A stretch of 64,000 bases of DNA from a phage. A program made the position numbers and the translations under genes. Under the pieces are notes generated by a model that was not told where the DNA came from, made no database searches, and worked only from the letters and a program-made list of their open reading frames with translations. The stretch is taken from NCBI GenBank assembly GCA_012747475.1, contig GCA_012747475.1_3928.1; one strand, 5' to 3'. Positions 18,133-27,426 of the stretch are shown in pieces (position 1 is the stretch's first letter; the number at the start of each line of letters is the position of its first letter).

Positions 18133-18666
18133 CTATAATTGTAGGTTGCATTCTTTACTTACCTCTTCAAGTTTAACCTCAGAGTCCTTAAGTCGTTTCT
18201 TATGAACTCTGAATCTCATTAGTGAGATGATGATACCAGCTAAAGGAACAGTATACAAGTACCAGATATCATGTAGCTTTGCAGTAATCTGTGTAATGGT
18301 CAAGTCTTGAGCTATGTAGCTGATTGCTGATACGGCTAGTAATGTTGCTAAGAAGAAAACCAGTATCATAGCAATATTCAAACAACCTCTGGCATGGTGT
18401 TCATGCTTAATGCACTTATTCTTTTCGTCAACAACTCTGTTGTAGTCGTTTGTAAAGTCTCTGTAGAATGCTTTCAAGTATTCTTGAGTGTAGCCTTCAA
18501 AGCAACCTGTACCATACCAATAATCACCACCAAAATGTGCTATGATACCGGTATCTCCATTTGGTTTTGTTACTCTTAGGGAGACATGATGACCAGTCTT
18601 CTGGTAATCTATCTTGTATCTTTCTTCGTAAATCATTTTCCAATCCCTCTCAATCGTTTGTTCCAC
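18133..18666 (-). CDS. hypothetical membrane protein (2 predicted TM helices)
   Basis: ORF track; hydrophobic stretches ILVFFLATLLAVSAISYI and LAGIIISLM. Confidence 0.5.
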   Translation of the reverse strand: MEQTIERDWKMIYEERYKIDYQKTGHHVSLRVTKPNGDTGIIAHFGGDYWYGTGCFEGYTQEYLKAFYRDFTNDYNRVVDEKNKCIKHEHHARGCLNIAMILVFFLATLLAVSAISYIAQDLTITQITAKLHDIWYLYTVPLAGIIISLMRFRVHKKRLKDSEVKLEEVSKECNLQL

Positions 18667-18851
18667 TCAAGGTCAACAAGTCTTTGTAGGACTTTACCTC
18701 TAGGTGTTACACCTTTTAAATCTGCGTCATAGCAATGGTAAAAATCACCTTCAGCGTGTCTGCCATAGCATCTTCTTATACTCTGACTTCTACGATATTG
18801 TTCTAATAGAGACAGCTTGTAGTAATCTTCAACTGTAGTTAGTTTTTTCAT
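18633..18851 (-). CDS. small hypothetical protein
   Basis: ORF track. Confidence 0.4.
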   Translation of the reverse strand: MKKLTTVEDYYKLSLLEQYRRSQSIRRCYGRHAEGDFYHCYDADLKGVTPRGKVLQRLVDLEWNKRLRGIGK

Positions 18852-19393
18852 TCTTTCACCATAGCATTTCTGAACTGACGTTGAGTTTCTCTTGTAATTT
18901 CGTCTGGAGTAAACCCTGCTTTCAGCATATCTCTGAAAAGAACTTCTAAGTGATTATTTTCAATAATGTAAATTGCATTCTGCACAGATGTTTTAAGTTC
19001 CTTCAGGTTACTGCTAATTTCTTCGCACTTGTTGACAATCTCTGTATCAACTTTCTTAAAGACTGGCATGGTATATCTACTACCACCATTAGCAGCATCC
19101 ATGAAAAATTTAAAAGATTCCTCAGAGTCCTTTAAAGCAATCCCTATAAAGTTCTTGTAAGCACCTGTGAAAGCTAAAGATTCAATCTCAGCAGTTGAGT
19201 ATACAGTTCCTGCACACAGTCTTGCGGAGGTACTAAATGTGTGGTTTGGTGTTATGTCAAAGTCTAAGTTCTTCAGTGGTCGAAAATAAACTATCCCATT
19301 GTGTGAGATGTGTGTTACAACAGCCTCAACACTCTTTGAAGGATTCTGTTTAACATACAAAATAATTTTATCGTGTTCTTTCACTTTAGTCAT
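18848..19393 (-). CDS. hypothetical protein
   Basis: ORF track. Confidence 0.5.
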   Translation of the reverse strand: MTKVKEHDKIILYVKQNPSKSVEAVVTHISHNGIVYFRPLKNLDFDITPNHTFSTSARLCAGTVYSTAEIESLAFTGAYKNFIGIALKDSEESFKFFMDAANGGSRYTMPVFKKVDTEIVNKCEEISSNLKELKTSVQNAIYIIENNHLEVLFRDMLKAGFTPDEITRETQRQFRNAMVKE

Positions 19394-19465
19394 ATCTATT
19401 CTCCAGAAACTAAAAAGGGAACTACCTCTCGATAGCTCCCATCATAATCAATATTGTATACTCGG

Positions 19466-20047
19466 TCAAGAGTATTTTTTAGGCAGTAATGCACTGCGCT
19501 TGTTACTCTCTTCACTCAACAGTGCGATAAATTCATCACCTTTACCCTTCCACGGACTAAATGTAGGGATGTGTTCTCTGATAGCATCAATCACTGTTTT
19601 CAGGGCGTTATTTTTTAACCACCAATCAGACACTGCTGAGGCTACAATATAATAAGCACCATCATCTGTGAAGATTGGCTCAGAGATACATGGTGAAATC
19701 ATAGTGGTGATGATAGAGCCGTTATTCATGTAATATGTTCTTTTTTCAACCTTATCAAGAAGTTTATGTAGGTCTGCAAAGAGACTCACAACCTCTTTAT
19801 GGTCAATATCTTTTTCAAGATTTGCTCTGTATTTCAGCAGTGCAGCATCAACCTCTTTATCATTGAATTTGAAGTATTGTACTTCTTCATTCACACATAC
19901 ACTGATATTGTTGGTGTTTATCGTCAATTTGCACAGTTTGACTGGAGAATTGATGTTAGTCTGAAAAAGTGCTACACAGCCTTCTACATTTCCGAAATGT
20001 TTTACTAATGTAACTTCTGGTTGGATATGCTCATGTTCTTCTGACAT
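19466..20047 (-). CDS. hypothetical protein
   Basis: ORF track. Confidence 0.5.
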   Translation of the reverse strand: MSEEHEHIQPEVTLVKHFGNVEGCVALFQTNINSPVKLCKLTINTNNISVCVNEEVQYFKFNDKEVDAALLKYRANLEKDIDHKEVVSLFADLHKLLDKVEKRTYYMNNGSIITTMISPCISEPIFTDDGAYYIVASAVSDWWLKNNALKTVIDAIREHIPTFSPWKGKGDEFIALLSEESNKRSALLPKKYS

Positions 20048-20391
20048 TACAGTTTCCTCATTAAATACTTTTTAAGTTGTGTGTTAGGTTTCTCAAAAAC
20101 TTCTATAGAAGATATCTTAACAGATTCACCACGCATACTAGTATGTTTGAATATGTAGTACTCTAACATCCCTATGTACTTTGCTGGTAAGTCATGCTTG
20201 ACATATACCGTCACAGAATCTTCAAACTCAACAACCTTTGTACCATCTTTGTAGTTAAACTCTTTAGGATGGTTGTAGTTGTCTATATCGTACATTAAAA
20301 AGAGTCTTTTACGTTGTAAGTCAAGCTTATTTGTTAAAGACTCTTTGATATCTGAGAAGTTTTTGTACACTGTGATATGGAGCTTACTCAT
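20047..20391 (-). CDS. hypothetical protein
   Basis: ORF track. Confidence 0.5.
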   Translation of the reverse strand: MSKLHITVYKNFSDIKESLTNKLDLQRKRLFLMYDIDNYNHPKEFNYKDGTKVVEFEDSVTVYVKHDLPAKYIGMLEYYIFKHTSMRGESVKISSIEVFEKPNTQLKKYLMRKL

Positions 20392-20677
20392 CGTTAAACT
20401 CTCTGACGAAGAAATAGTTGACTTTATTATTACCTACCATAAGGTCAAAGCAGGTATTTTCAAAAGGCTTGTTGTAGGCATCGTATGAAGTGTACGTATC
20501 AGCTACTTGTTTAGTGTTGAGCTTTTTACTTGATGGGTTTAAGAGGCCACCATACAGCTTCTTGATAGCCTCTTCTACAACAGACCAGATAATTTCGTCA
20601 GTAATTTCTTCGTACAGGTCAAGTTCACGCTCTAGTGAGAAGTCACAAATAGGGAAAACAACCTGTACTTTACTCAT
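20384..20677 (-). CDS. hypothetical protein
   Basis: ORF track. Confidence 0.45.
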   Translation of the reverse strand: MSKVQVVFPICDFSLERELDLYEEITDEIIWSVVEEAIKKLYGGLLNPSSKKLNTKQVADTYTSYDAYNKPFENTCFDLMVGNNKVNYFFVREFNDE

Positions 20678-21075
20678 TAACGAATAACCTGTGAGACTTG
20701 AATTGCTTCGGTTACTGACAAGTCACCCACTTTCTCTTCTTTGATAAAAGTGAAGGTGAGTTCAACAGGTGCTTGCTCTTCTTGCTCAACTGGAACACCA
20801 TTAAGCTCATCAAAGATTGACTGAGTTGTCCAGTCTTCTCCACCATCTGGATAGTGGATTACGTAGAGAGGGAACTCTGTGTCAAACCAACCAAATACAG
20901 GGCAGCCATCTTCATCATCTCGCACCCGATGAAGGGTGCTTCCAGACCCTGTAAAACGAAGGAATAAATCTCCGTTGCACTTGAATATTACTGCGTCGGC
21001 AAAACCGATGTCTTCTCGACCATCATGACCAAATGTGTCAACCTTTACTTGAATATCTCTAACATCTTTATTCAT
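20677..21075 (-). CDS. hypothetical protein
   Basis: ORF track. Confidence 0.5.
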   Translation of the reverse strand: MNKDVRDIQVKVDTFGHDGREDIGFADAVIFKCNGDLFLRFTGSGSTLHRVRDDEDGCPVFGWFDTEFPLYVIHYPDGGEDWTTQSIFDELNGVPVEQEEQAPVELTFTFIKEEKVGDLSVTEAIQVSQVIR

Positions 21076-21466
21076 AAAAACCTCTCTCTGCTTGTTCGAT
21101 TTTTGCTCTTAAAGTTTCGCAATGCTGTAAATGGTAGTTAGCTTCTTGTTCATGTGTTGCTAACTGCCTTTCCAGAACAGTTTTATAGTAACCTGCAAGT
21201 TGCTCTTTTGTCAATGGGTGCTCTGAAATAATATCAAGTCCACTTTCACCAAGAGGGTTGAATTGTCCATGTTCGTTGACATTGTAAGTCTCAAACTTGA
21301 ACAGGCCATTGTTCACAGACTCAATAGGTGACAGTTCAACAAGCTCTACAGTAAACCGTGTATATACCTTGTCACCTCTTGAAACCACATTGTTCCCGAC
21401 AATGCGTACAAGCGAGCCATTACGAGTGTACTTAAAAGTTCCAAAGTCACTAGCCCAAAGTTTCAT
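21068..21466 (-). CDS. hypothetical protein
   Basis: ORF track. Confidence 0.5.
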   Translation of the reverse strand: MKLWASDFGTFKYTRNGSLVRIVGNNVVSRGDKVYTRFTVELVELSPIESVNNGLFKFETYNVNEHGQFNPLGESGLDIISEHPLTKEQLAGYYKTVLERQLATHEQEANYHLQHCETLRAKIEQAERGFYE

Positions 21467-21477
21467 AGTTTTCTCCT

Positions 21478-21510
21478 TAGAAAATAAAAAAGGCTCCCGA
21501 AGGAGCCTAT
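21478..21510 (-). terminator. intrinsic terminator downstream of endolysin gene
   Basis: AGGCTCC-CGAA-GGAGCCT hairpin with T-run on minus strand. Confidence 0.6.
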
Positions 21511-21517
21511 GAAGATA

Positions 21518-21982
21518 TTACTTTGGGTATACACTGTCAAGATAAATGTCAGCTTCCATTCTACGTCTGTTTTTCAGTCCGTTTGAAGTGACCTTCTTAC
21601 CTTTGACTGTAACCTTGTTCCACCACTGCATAGCTTCTGCACAACCTACCTTATTACCAGCATTGTGGCGCTTGATAAATGTGGAAGCCTGCATAGCTGT
21701 GATACCGATGTTGTATGTTTCACTTACAAGTGCGTCAAACTCATTCTGAGAAGTTGGAACATTGACGGCTTTGTTCACTGCTGCAACAAACTTTTCAACA
21801 TCTGCGAGAAGATACTGTTCAGCTTGTTCAGCGGTAATCTTCATACCCATCTTAACAGGTTTTCCGTCAATACGGATTGTCCCATACCCGATTGTTGGGA
21901 TTCCGGCAGAATCTTCGTAAGCCTCTAACTCCAGACCTTCGAAGAACTTAATAGCATCTAAACCTTTTCTTGAGAGTTGCAT
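21518..21982 (-). CDS. endolysin, GH24 (T4 e-type) lysozyme
   Basis: 154 aa; FFEGLELEAYEDSAGIPTIGYGT (catalytic Glu/Asp/Thr arrangement). Confidence 0.85.
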   Translation of the reverse strand: MQLSRKGLDAIKFFEGLELEAYEDSAGIPTIGYGTIRIDGKPVKMGMKITAEQAEQYLLADVEKFVAAVNKAVNVPTSQNEFDALVSETYNIGITAMQASTFIKRHNAGNKVGCAEAMQWWNKVTVKGKKVTSNGLKNRRRMEADIYLDSVYPK

Positions 21983-23115
21983 TACGCCTCCCCTGCTGGG
22001 TTAACTGTAACTGTTGCTGCATTAGATGTTACAGAGCCACCTGCACCAGTAACTACACAGGTGTAGCTTCCTGCATCAGCAGCGGTTGCACCTTCTTTGG
22101 TGTAAGTTGCAGCAGTTGCGTCTGGGATGACTTCCTCACCCTTCTTCCACTGATAGCCTGTTGCACCTGTTGCCACAACATTCAGACTTAAGGTCTCACC
22201 TTCAGTGATTTCTTGATTGGTTGGCTGTTGAGTGATTACTGGAAGTGCGTTCACAGTTACTACAGCAGCATTAGATTCCACTGCACCACCTGCACCTGTT
22301 ACGACGCAAGTGTATGAACCTTCATCTGCTGGCAGAGCACCAGACTTGCTATAGGTAGCCTCTGTAGCCGAAGGAATGTCAGAGCCATCTTTCTTCCACT
22401 GGTAACCAGTTGCACCCGTTGCAGTCACTTCCAAGCTGATGTTTCCACCCTCATTGATGGTCTGGCTAGAAGGTTGCTGTGTAATCATAGGTAGTACGTT
22501 AACAGTAACTGTTGCCGCATCTGAGGTAACACTTGTTCCAGCCTCTCCAGATACAACACAAGTGTATGAGCCAGCATCAGAAGGTACTACAGGCTGTTTT
22601 GTATAAGTTGCAGAGGTGGCACTAGGAATATCCTCTCCATCCTTTTTCCATTGATATCCAGTGGCATTCGTTGCAATAACACTTAGGGTAAGCGTACCAC
22701 CTTCATTTACTGTTTGATTGGTTGGTTGCTGAGTGATTGCTGGTGGCTTGATAGCATCCTTCAACTTAGCATTCAACATTGAGAATGGTTTAACTCTTGC
22801 CAGCCATTCACAATAAATTGTGTCAACGTCTTTACCATTGATAATTGCATATTGTAAGTCCATGAAGAAGTCAGAAGTTCTCATTTGAGCACCAATGCTG
22901 TAAAGCAACTCATCACTAAATGGAACTTTGTAGTCTGGTTTGTAGTCAAACTCATCGACTTCTGCAATATCAGCTTCAGGCCAATACGAACTGTAGGTAA
23001 GCGGTAAAATAGCCTCTTGATATGTTCTAAAATCATATCTCTTACCAGCCTTTACGTTTGCAATGAAGCCCTTCACAAACTCTTTGAAGTCTGGGTAAGT
23101 CTTTGCTTTAATCAT
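21982..23115 (-). CDS. protein with N-terminal domain plus three tandem Ig-like domains
   Basis: three ~85-aa repeats ...TNQTVNEGGTLTL...GYQWKKDGEDIP...AGSYTCVV...; N-domain paralogous to next gene. Confidence 0.6.
   Translation of the reverse strand: MIKAKTYPDFKEFVKGFIANVKAGKRYDFRTYQEAILPLTYSSYWPEADIAEVDEFDYKPDYKVPFSDELLYSIGAQMRTSDFFMDLQYAIINGKDVDTIYCEWLARVKPFSMLNAKLKDAIKPPAITQQPTNQTVNEGGTLTLSVIATNATGYQWKKDGEDIPSATSATYTKQPVVPSDAGSYTCVVSGEAGTSVTSDAATVTVNVLPMITQQPSSQTINEGGNISLEVTATGATGYQWKKDGSDIPSATEATYSKSGALPADEGSYTCVVTGAGGAVESNAAVVTVNALPVITQQPTNQEITEGETLSLNVVATGATGYQWKKGEEVIPDATAATYTKEGATAADAGSYTCVVTGAGGSVTSNAATVTVNPAGEA
22000..22740 (-). repeat. three tandem ~240-bp coding repeats (Ig-like domains)
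   Basis: DNA-level repeats inside CDS 21982..23115. Confidence 0.6.
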
Positions 23116-23483
23116 TTCTTTTTAGCCTCTAAATGTGCGTTTAGTCTAAAATAACCTTTGTGATGCGGAGATACGTCACCAACAACAATACCTTTAACCT
23201 TATAACCTTTACCAATTACATACTGGATATCCATAAGGAATCTTCCAAGACCAACAATATGGAACATTGGATATAATAGATTCTCAGAGTCTGGAATATT
23301 GATTTCGGGTTTGTAGGTACGATGTTCGATTGTTGGTGTAATATCTTCTTCAGGCCATTTGCTGAGTCTCCATGTCAAAGGTGTTGGGATAACATCATTA
23401 AGGCTGTACCTTTCACCATTTTGCACGGAATTGACATAGGATTGTAGGAAGCAATAAAAGTCTTTTGCACTCTTAGCTTTCAT
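23112..23483 (-). CDS. hypothetical protein, paralog of N-terminal domain of the Ig-repeat protein
   Basis: shared KAK..DF..WPE.DI..YKP..LY..F.MD.QY.I pattern. Confidence 0.5.
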   Translation of the reverse strand: MKAKSAKDFYCFLQSYVNSVQNGERYSLNDVIPTPLTWRLSKWPEEDITPTIEHRTYKPEINIPDSENLLYPMFHIVGLGRFLMDIQYVIGKGYKVKGIVVGDVSPHHKGYFRLNAHLEAKKK

Positions 23484-23530
23484 TAAATATCCTTATAAAT
23501 AGTTAAAGGGGCATCAGCCCCTATTCACAC

Positions 23531-24121
23531 TTAAGCTTTGGTCTTAAGTAGGTTCTTAAGTTTTTTAAGATTCATACTCTCATCAAACTTAAAACCAAAT
23601 CCATTGACATAATCAATGAACTCGGATTTCTTACTAAGTGACAATGCGTAACTCATATCGAAGTTCTTACTTGTTTCTGCGTCTGGACTAGAGTTCACAT
23701 CAAATGAAATTTCTGTAGGTTCTTGCTTACTTTTTCTCATATTATCAACCAACAAACATGTATAGTTTGCTGGATAGAAGTTTACACTGCCATCAACGTA
23801 GCTGTACTTATTATTATGGATAAGGTTGGAAAATACCTTAAGAAATGTTTCTGAGTCGTGGCAAACAAGTTTGAATTGGCTGCTCTCTCCAAGCGCAACT
23901 AATGAGTACGGACTTTCACTATCAAAGTCATAATTTGGATTCGATGGCGTCACTGTTACACGCATCAAGTTATTAGCGATAGTCTTCTGTTTAAAAGAAT
24001 TTTGAACATAGTGAAGACCTCTCTCACACTGATTGACTAGCTCTTTAAGTAGGTCATTTGCATATGGTGAATTAATTGATACAGAGCCATCACTATTGTA
24101 ATTAAAACTTACTGTTAACAT
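23531..24121 (-). CDS. hypothetical protein
   Basis: ORF track. Confidence 0.5.
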   Translation of the reverse strand: MLTVSFNYNSDGSVSINSPYANDLLKELVNQCERGLHYVQNSFKQKTIANNLMRVTVTPSNPNYDFDSESPYSLVALGESSQFKLVCHDSETFLKVFSNLIHNNKYSYVDGSVNFYPANYTCLLVDNMRKSKQEPTEISFDVNSSPDAETSKNFDMSYALSLSKKSEFIDYVNGFGFKFDESMNLKKLKNLLKTKA

Positions 24122-24348
24122 TTTTCAGTTCTCCTGCGATTTATAATTTTGCTGCAATAGAGAAACGAAGTAAACTCACTGGAAGAAACCACTAAGTGTT
24201 GTTCACTAGATTGAGCCATTGCCCTGAAATACATTCCAGTCAAAGCATCATAGTGACTATTCTTTCCAATTGAGGTTATATAGCCATGACTCTTTGCAGT
24301 TTGATATAAATCTATAATATCTGCGATTTCTAATTGGGAACTACACAT
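24115..24348 (-). CDS. small hypothetical protein
   Basis: ORF track. Confidence 0.4.
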   Translation of the reverse strand: MCSSQLEIADIIDLYQTAKSHGYITSIGKNSHYDALTGMYFRAMAQSSEQHLVVSSSEFTSFLYCSKIINRRRTEKC

Positions 24349-24512
24349 AGATAATCCTCTTGTCTTCTGTAATTTTGAAAGAACAGGTACAGACCAATTT
24401 CAGAGGATGAATAGTAGATTAACTCTACCCTTTTTGATTCCTTACAGTGATTGGTATTCTTACCTTTCTTCGGTTTATTTGATTTTCTCATTAAGTCTCC
24501 TTTGTAGAACAA
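24330..24512 (-). CDS. small hypothetical basic protein
   Basis: ORF track. Confidence 0.35.
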   Translation of the reverse strand: MFYKGDLMRKSNKPKKGKNTNHCKESKRVELIYYSSSEIGLYLFFQNYRRQEDYLCVVPN

Positions 24513-24590
24513 GGCAGACCTACAGCTTTAAGTAAGATGGTACAGTAATCCATACAACAAGTCAAGAACTATTGCAAGTTAAAAAAGTTG

Positions 24591-24631
24591 TTGACAAAGT
24601 ACTTGACAAGGTGTAGGCTTATAAATACTTA
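24591..24631 (+). promoter_or_regulatory. promoter-like region, two TTGACA boxes (weak -10)
   Basis: TTGACA at 24591 and 24603 in divergent intergenic region. Confidence 0.3.
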
Positions 24632-24740
24632 GAAGATAACTTAAAAGGTTCCTCTAAAAAGGCTATTTAAACAGATATCTTTCTGGATATCTATCTTTTA
24701 TCTTAAAAGCCTTTTAAGAGGTCTTATAAGAGGCATACCA

Positions 24741-25112
24741 ATGAAAAACAGAACAAACAAAGGCCAGTTTAAAAAAGGCCAGTCTGGAAACCCATCTGGA
24801 AGACCAAAAGGCTCTCGTAACAAAAGCTCACTTGTAAAAGCTCAACTGACCATTGATAATTCTGCTGAGTTTGCTGCAAAGTTGTTTGAGGCGATTGTTA
24901 CAAGGGACGCTGCTAAGCTTGCAGAGTTCGGTTTGACGACTGACGATGTAAACCTGAAGTCGATGATGGAGGCTGGTAAAACTATCATGACTCACTCAGC
25001 AGGTGAGATGAAAGCGATTGCAGCAGACACTAAGAAGACCCCTGATAACGGTGGTCAGTCTCAGACAGATAACAAACCAACGTTCTCTGCTGTTGCAACC
25101 CTTAAAAAATAA
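24741..25112 (+). CDS. hypothetical protein with N-terminal GNPSGRPKG motif
   Basis: ORF track; KGQSGNPSGRPKGSRNK; SD AGAGG upstream. Confidence 0.5.
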   Translation: MKNRTNKGQFKKGQSGNPSGRPKGSRNKSSLVKAQLTIDNSAEFAAKLFEAIVTRDAAKLAEFGLTTDDVNLKSMMEAGKTIMTHSAGEMKAIAADTKKTPDNGGQSQTDNKPTFSAVATLKK

Positions 25113-25193
25113 TTTTAAAAGATGTTGACAGACTCTATAAAGTTGCTCTAAAGTCTGTCACATCAAACAACAAATGAGAGAAGAGAGTAAAAT

Positions 25194-26609
25194 ATGAGCG
25201 AGTTATTTAAACATGCGCACCTTCATGCAGGTCGAACTGAAAATGGTGCTGTAAACCATACTTCATCAATGTCTGCTCTTGTAGACTTTTACAAAGCTGC
25301 TGGTTCAAGCCGTAGCAACGTAGAAATCTTACCAGACCTGTTCTACAAAGCTTTGCGTGAGGATGTTGATGTTGCAGTTCGTATTTTACTGCATATGCGA
25401 GATGTACGAGAAGGTATGGGTGAGCGTAAAGCCTTCAGAACTGTTTTGCTTCAAGCAATTGAAGATAAAGTTTTAGAGCCTACGCAGGTTCTTCGCATTA
25501 TGGATAAGATTGCAGAACTTGGTCGTTTTGATGACTTCAAAATCTTTGTAGGTACTCGTTTCGAGACAGATGCCTTCAAGCATTTAGAAGCAGCATTACT
25601 AGACCCTGCAACAGCAGGTTTGGCGGCTAAGTGGTTACCACGAGTCAAACCACGTCATAAGCAGTTTGTAAAACGTTTCTGCAAGTTTGCCAACTTGAGT
25701 GAGAAAGAGTACCGCACACTGTTGTCTGCACTATCTGATACAGTTGAGCAAAAAATCTCTGCTAATGAGTTTGGTAAGATTGACTACAGTAAGATTCCTT
25801 CACTTGCTGCTGCACGTTACCAAAAACTGTTTAACCGTAAAGATGGAGAGCGTTACAAAGCTTACATCGAGTCCTTATCAAAAGGTGAGACTAAGATTAA
25901 CGCTGGTGCTGTTTACCCATACGATGTGATTAAATCTATCAAGTATGGTAATGCAGATGTTGCTAATGAGCAGTGGAAAGCACTACCAAACTGGATGGCA
26001 GAAGGTGAAAACATCTTGTGTATGACTGATGTATCAAGTTCAATGTCTTGGGTGAATTTTGGCTCCATTACTGCTCTGGATATTGGTGTATCACTTGCCT
26101 TGTATGTAGCAGAACGCAATACAGGTTGCTTTAAGAATGAGTTGATGGTTTATTCGACAAACCCTCACTTCATCGAACTGAGTGGTGATTTACGAAACCG
26201 TCATCGTCAGGTGATGCGACACGTTGAATATGGCTCAACTAACTTACAAGCAGCTTTTGACCGCATTCTTGAAACAGGTAAAAGAAACAACTTGACTCAG
26301 AAAGATATGCCAAGTAAGCTTATCATCTTCTCCGATATGGAGTTCAATCAGGTTGATGGAGCTAACGGTCGTACAAACTTTGAAGCAATTCAGAGTAAGT
26401 ACAAAAAAGCTGGATATGAGATGCCACAACTGGTATTCTGGTACTTAGCAAACCGTAATGGTACTTGCGAAGTATCTGTTAAGGATAACGGTGTAGCAAT
26501 GGTATCAGGGTTCTCTCCAGCCACTTTAAAAGCTCTGCTTGGTGGTGAGAAGTTTGACCCAATCAGTGTAATGCTCAAAGCAGTAATGATTGACCGTTAT
26601 ATCTGGTAA
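25194..26609 (+). CDS. von Willebrand factor A (vWA) domain protein
   Basis: MIDAS motif CMTDVSSSM (DxSxS) and downstream LIIFSDMEF in C-terminal half; N-terminal ~270 aa unassigned. Confidence 0.55.
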   Translation: MSELFKHAHLHAGRTENGAVNHTSSMSALVDFYKAAGSSRSNVEILPDLFYKALREDVDVAVRILLHMRDVREGMGERKAFRTVLLQAIEDKVLEPTQVLRIMDKIAELGRFDDFKIFVGTRFETDAFKHLEAALLDPATAGLAAKWLPRVKPRHKQFVKRFCKFANLSEKEYRTLLSALSDTVEQKISANEFGKIDYSKIPSLAAARYQKLFNRKDGERYKAYIESLSKGETKINAGAVYPYDVIKSIKYGNADVANEQWKALPNWMAEGENILCMTDVSSSMSWVNFGSITALDIGVSLALYVAERNTGCFKNELMVYSTNPHFIELSGDLRNRHRQVMRHVEYGSTNLQAAFDRILETGKRNNLTQKDMPSKLIIFSDMEFNQVDGANGRTNFEAIQSKYKKAGYEMPQLVFWYLANRNGTCEVSVKDNGVAMVSGFSPATLKALLGGEKFDPISVMLKAVMIDRYIW

Positions 26610-26627
26610 AAAGTTTTAAAAAGGGTA

Positions 26628-26656
26628 TTGACAACGTGTTTAATACCCTTTAATAT
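26628..26656 (+). promoter_or_regulatory. sigma70-type promoter upstream of tRNA cluster
   Basis: TTGACA-17bp-TAATAT; -35 inside inverted repeat GGGTATT...AATACCC. Confidence 0.6.
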
Positions 26657-26718
26657 GTTCTACATAGAAACGAAATGAGAGCTTTTCTAAGATACTGAAA
26701 AATATTTTAAAAAAGTTC

Positions 26719-26748
26719 TTGACAACCACTAAAAAATAATGTTAAAGT
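26719..26748 (+). promoter_or_regulatory. second promoter upstream of tRNA cluster
   Basis: TTGACA-18bp-TAAAGT inside inverted repeat CCACT...AGTGG. Confidence 0.5.
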
Positions 26749-26774
26749 GGTTACATAGAGTTTGAAAAGTTTAT

Positions 26775-26851
26775 CTCTGTTTAGCTCAGCTTGGTAGAGC
26801 GTTCCGTTTGGGGCGGTAAGGCCGGAGGTTCAAGTCCTCCAACAGAGACCA
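26775..26851 (+). tRNA. tRNA-Pro (anticodon UGG)
   Basis: hand-parsed cloverleaf; T arm GGAGG-TTCAAGT-CCTCC; CCA encoded. Confidence 0.65.
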
Positions 26852-26858
26852 AATTAAT

Positions 26859-26936
26859 GTTCCAGTAGACAAAATGGTAAAGTCACCACTCTTTCAAAGT
26901 GGATATTTGAGGGTTCAAATCCCTTCTGGAACGCCA
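26859..26936 (+). tRNA. tRNA-Glu (UUC)
   Basis: acceptor GTTCCAG/CTGGAAC; anticodon loop CTTTCAA; CCA encoded. Confidence 0.65.
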
Positions 26937-26942
26937 GTTTTG

Positions 26943-27016
26943 ACAGAAGACCAATTACAGCAAACTTAATCTTATTCATCTGAAGGTAAATCGGACAAAG
27001 AAGAGATTTGGTCTGG
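26943..27016 (+). repeat. structured spacer element, copy a
   Basis: 5' box ACAGAAGACCAATTACAGCAA, 3' box TTGGTCTGG; ends pair. Confidence 0.6.
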
Positions 27017-27027
27017 TCATTAAGAAT

Positions 27028-27104
27028 TGCGGGTATAGAGAAAGGGCGTCTCACATGTCTCATTAGCATGGTATCGGCAGGTTCGACTCCTGCACCCGCC
27101 TCCA
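27028..27104 (+). tRNA. tRNA with CAU anticodon (Met or Ile2), 1:72 mismatch
   Basis: T arm GCAGG-TTCGACT-CCTGC; anticodon loop CTCATTA; boundaries uncertain. Confidence 0.5.
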
Positions 27105-27109
27105 AATTT

Positions 27110-27174
27110 ACAGAAGACCGTTTACAGCAATATTTATTAAATTTTTAGCGGAAAAATTGAAAGATACGGTCTGG
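27110..27174 (+). repeat. structured spacer element, copy b
   Basis: ACAGAAGACCGTTTACAGCAA ... ACGGTCTGG. Confidence 0.6.
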
Positions 27175-27187
27175 TAATACTAAACAT

Positions 27188-27264
27188 GGTTAGGAAGCAC
27201 ATAAGGCATGTGCGGTCGCCTGTTAAGCGAATGGCACAGGGTTCGAATCCCTGACTAACCGCCA
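27188..27264 (+). tRNA. tRNA-Asn (GUU)
   Basis: T arm CAGGG-TTCGAAT-CCCTG; anticodon loop CTGTTAA; CCA encoded. Confidence 0.6.
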
Positions 27265-27333
27265 AATTTAGGAGAGAAGCGATTGCTCACCGATTTGTAA
27301 GGTGCAAGTCCTTAGCCTGAATAGAAATTAAAT

Positions 27334-27421
27334 GTGTCGTTATCCCGTAGATGGTAGCGGTGGGGACTGTAAATCCCTTGTCATTGAGACTCGGTAGGTT
27401 CGACTCCTACACGGCACACCA
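27334..27421 (+). tRNA. tRNA-Tyr (GUA), long variable arm
   Basis: acceptor GTGTCGT/ACGGCAC; loop CTGTAAA; 15-nt variable arm; CCA encoded. Confidence 0.65.
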
Positions 27422-27426
27422 ATAAA

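Noticed and set aside
17213-26578. Plus-strand ORFs inside the leftward block and minus-strand ORFs inside the vWA gene (17213-21970 series; 25451-26578 series)
   Set aside because: Each is antisense to or nested within a longer co-linear gene; tiling of the long genes leaves no room for them.
27268-27330. Possible additional tRNA between tRNA-Asn and tRNA-Tyr
   Set aside because: T-loop-like GGTGCAAGTCC deviates from the canonical TTC and no acceptor stem pairing could be found; possibly a decayed tRNA.
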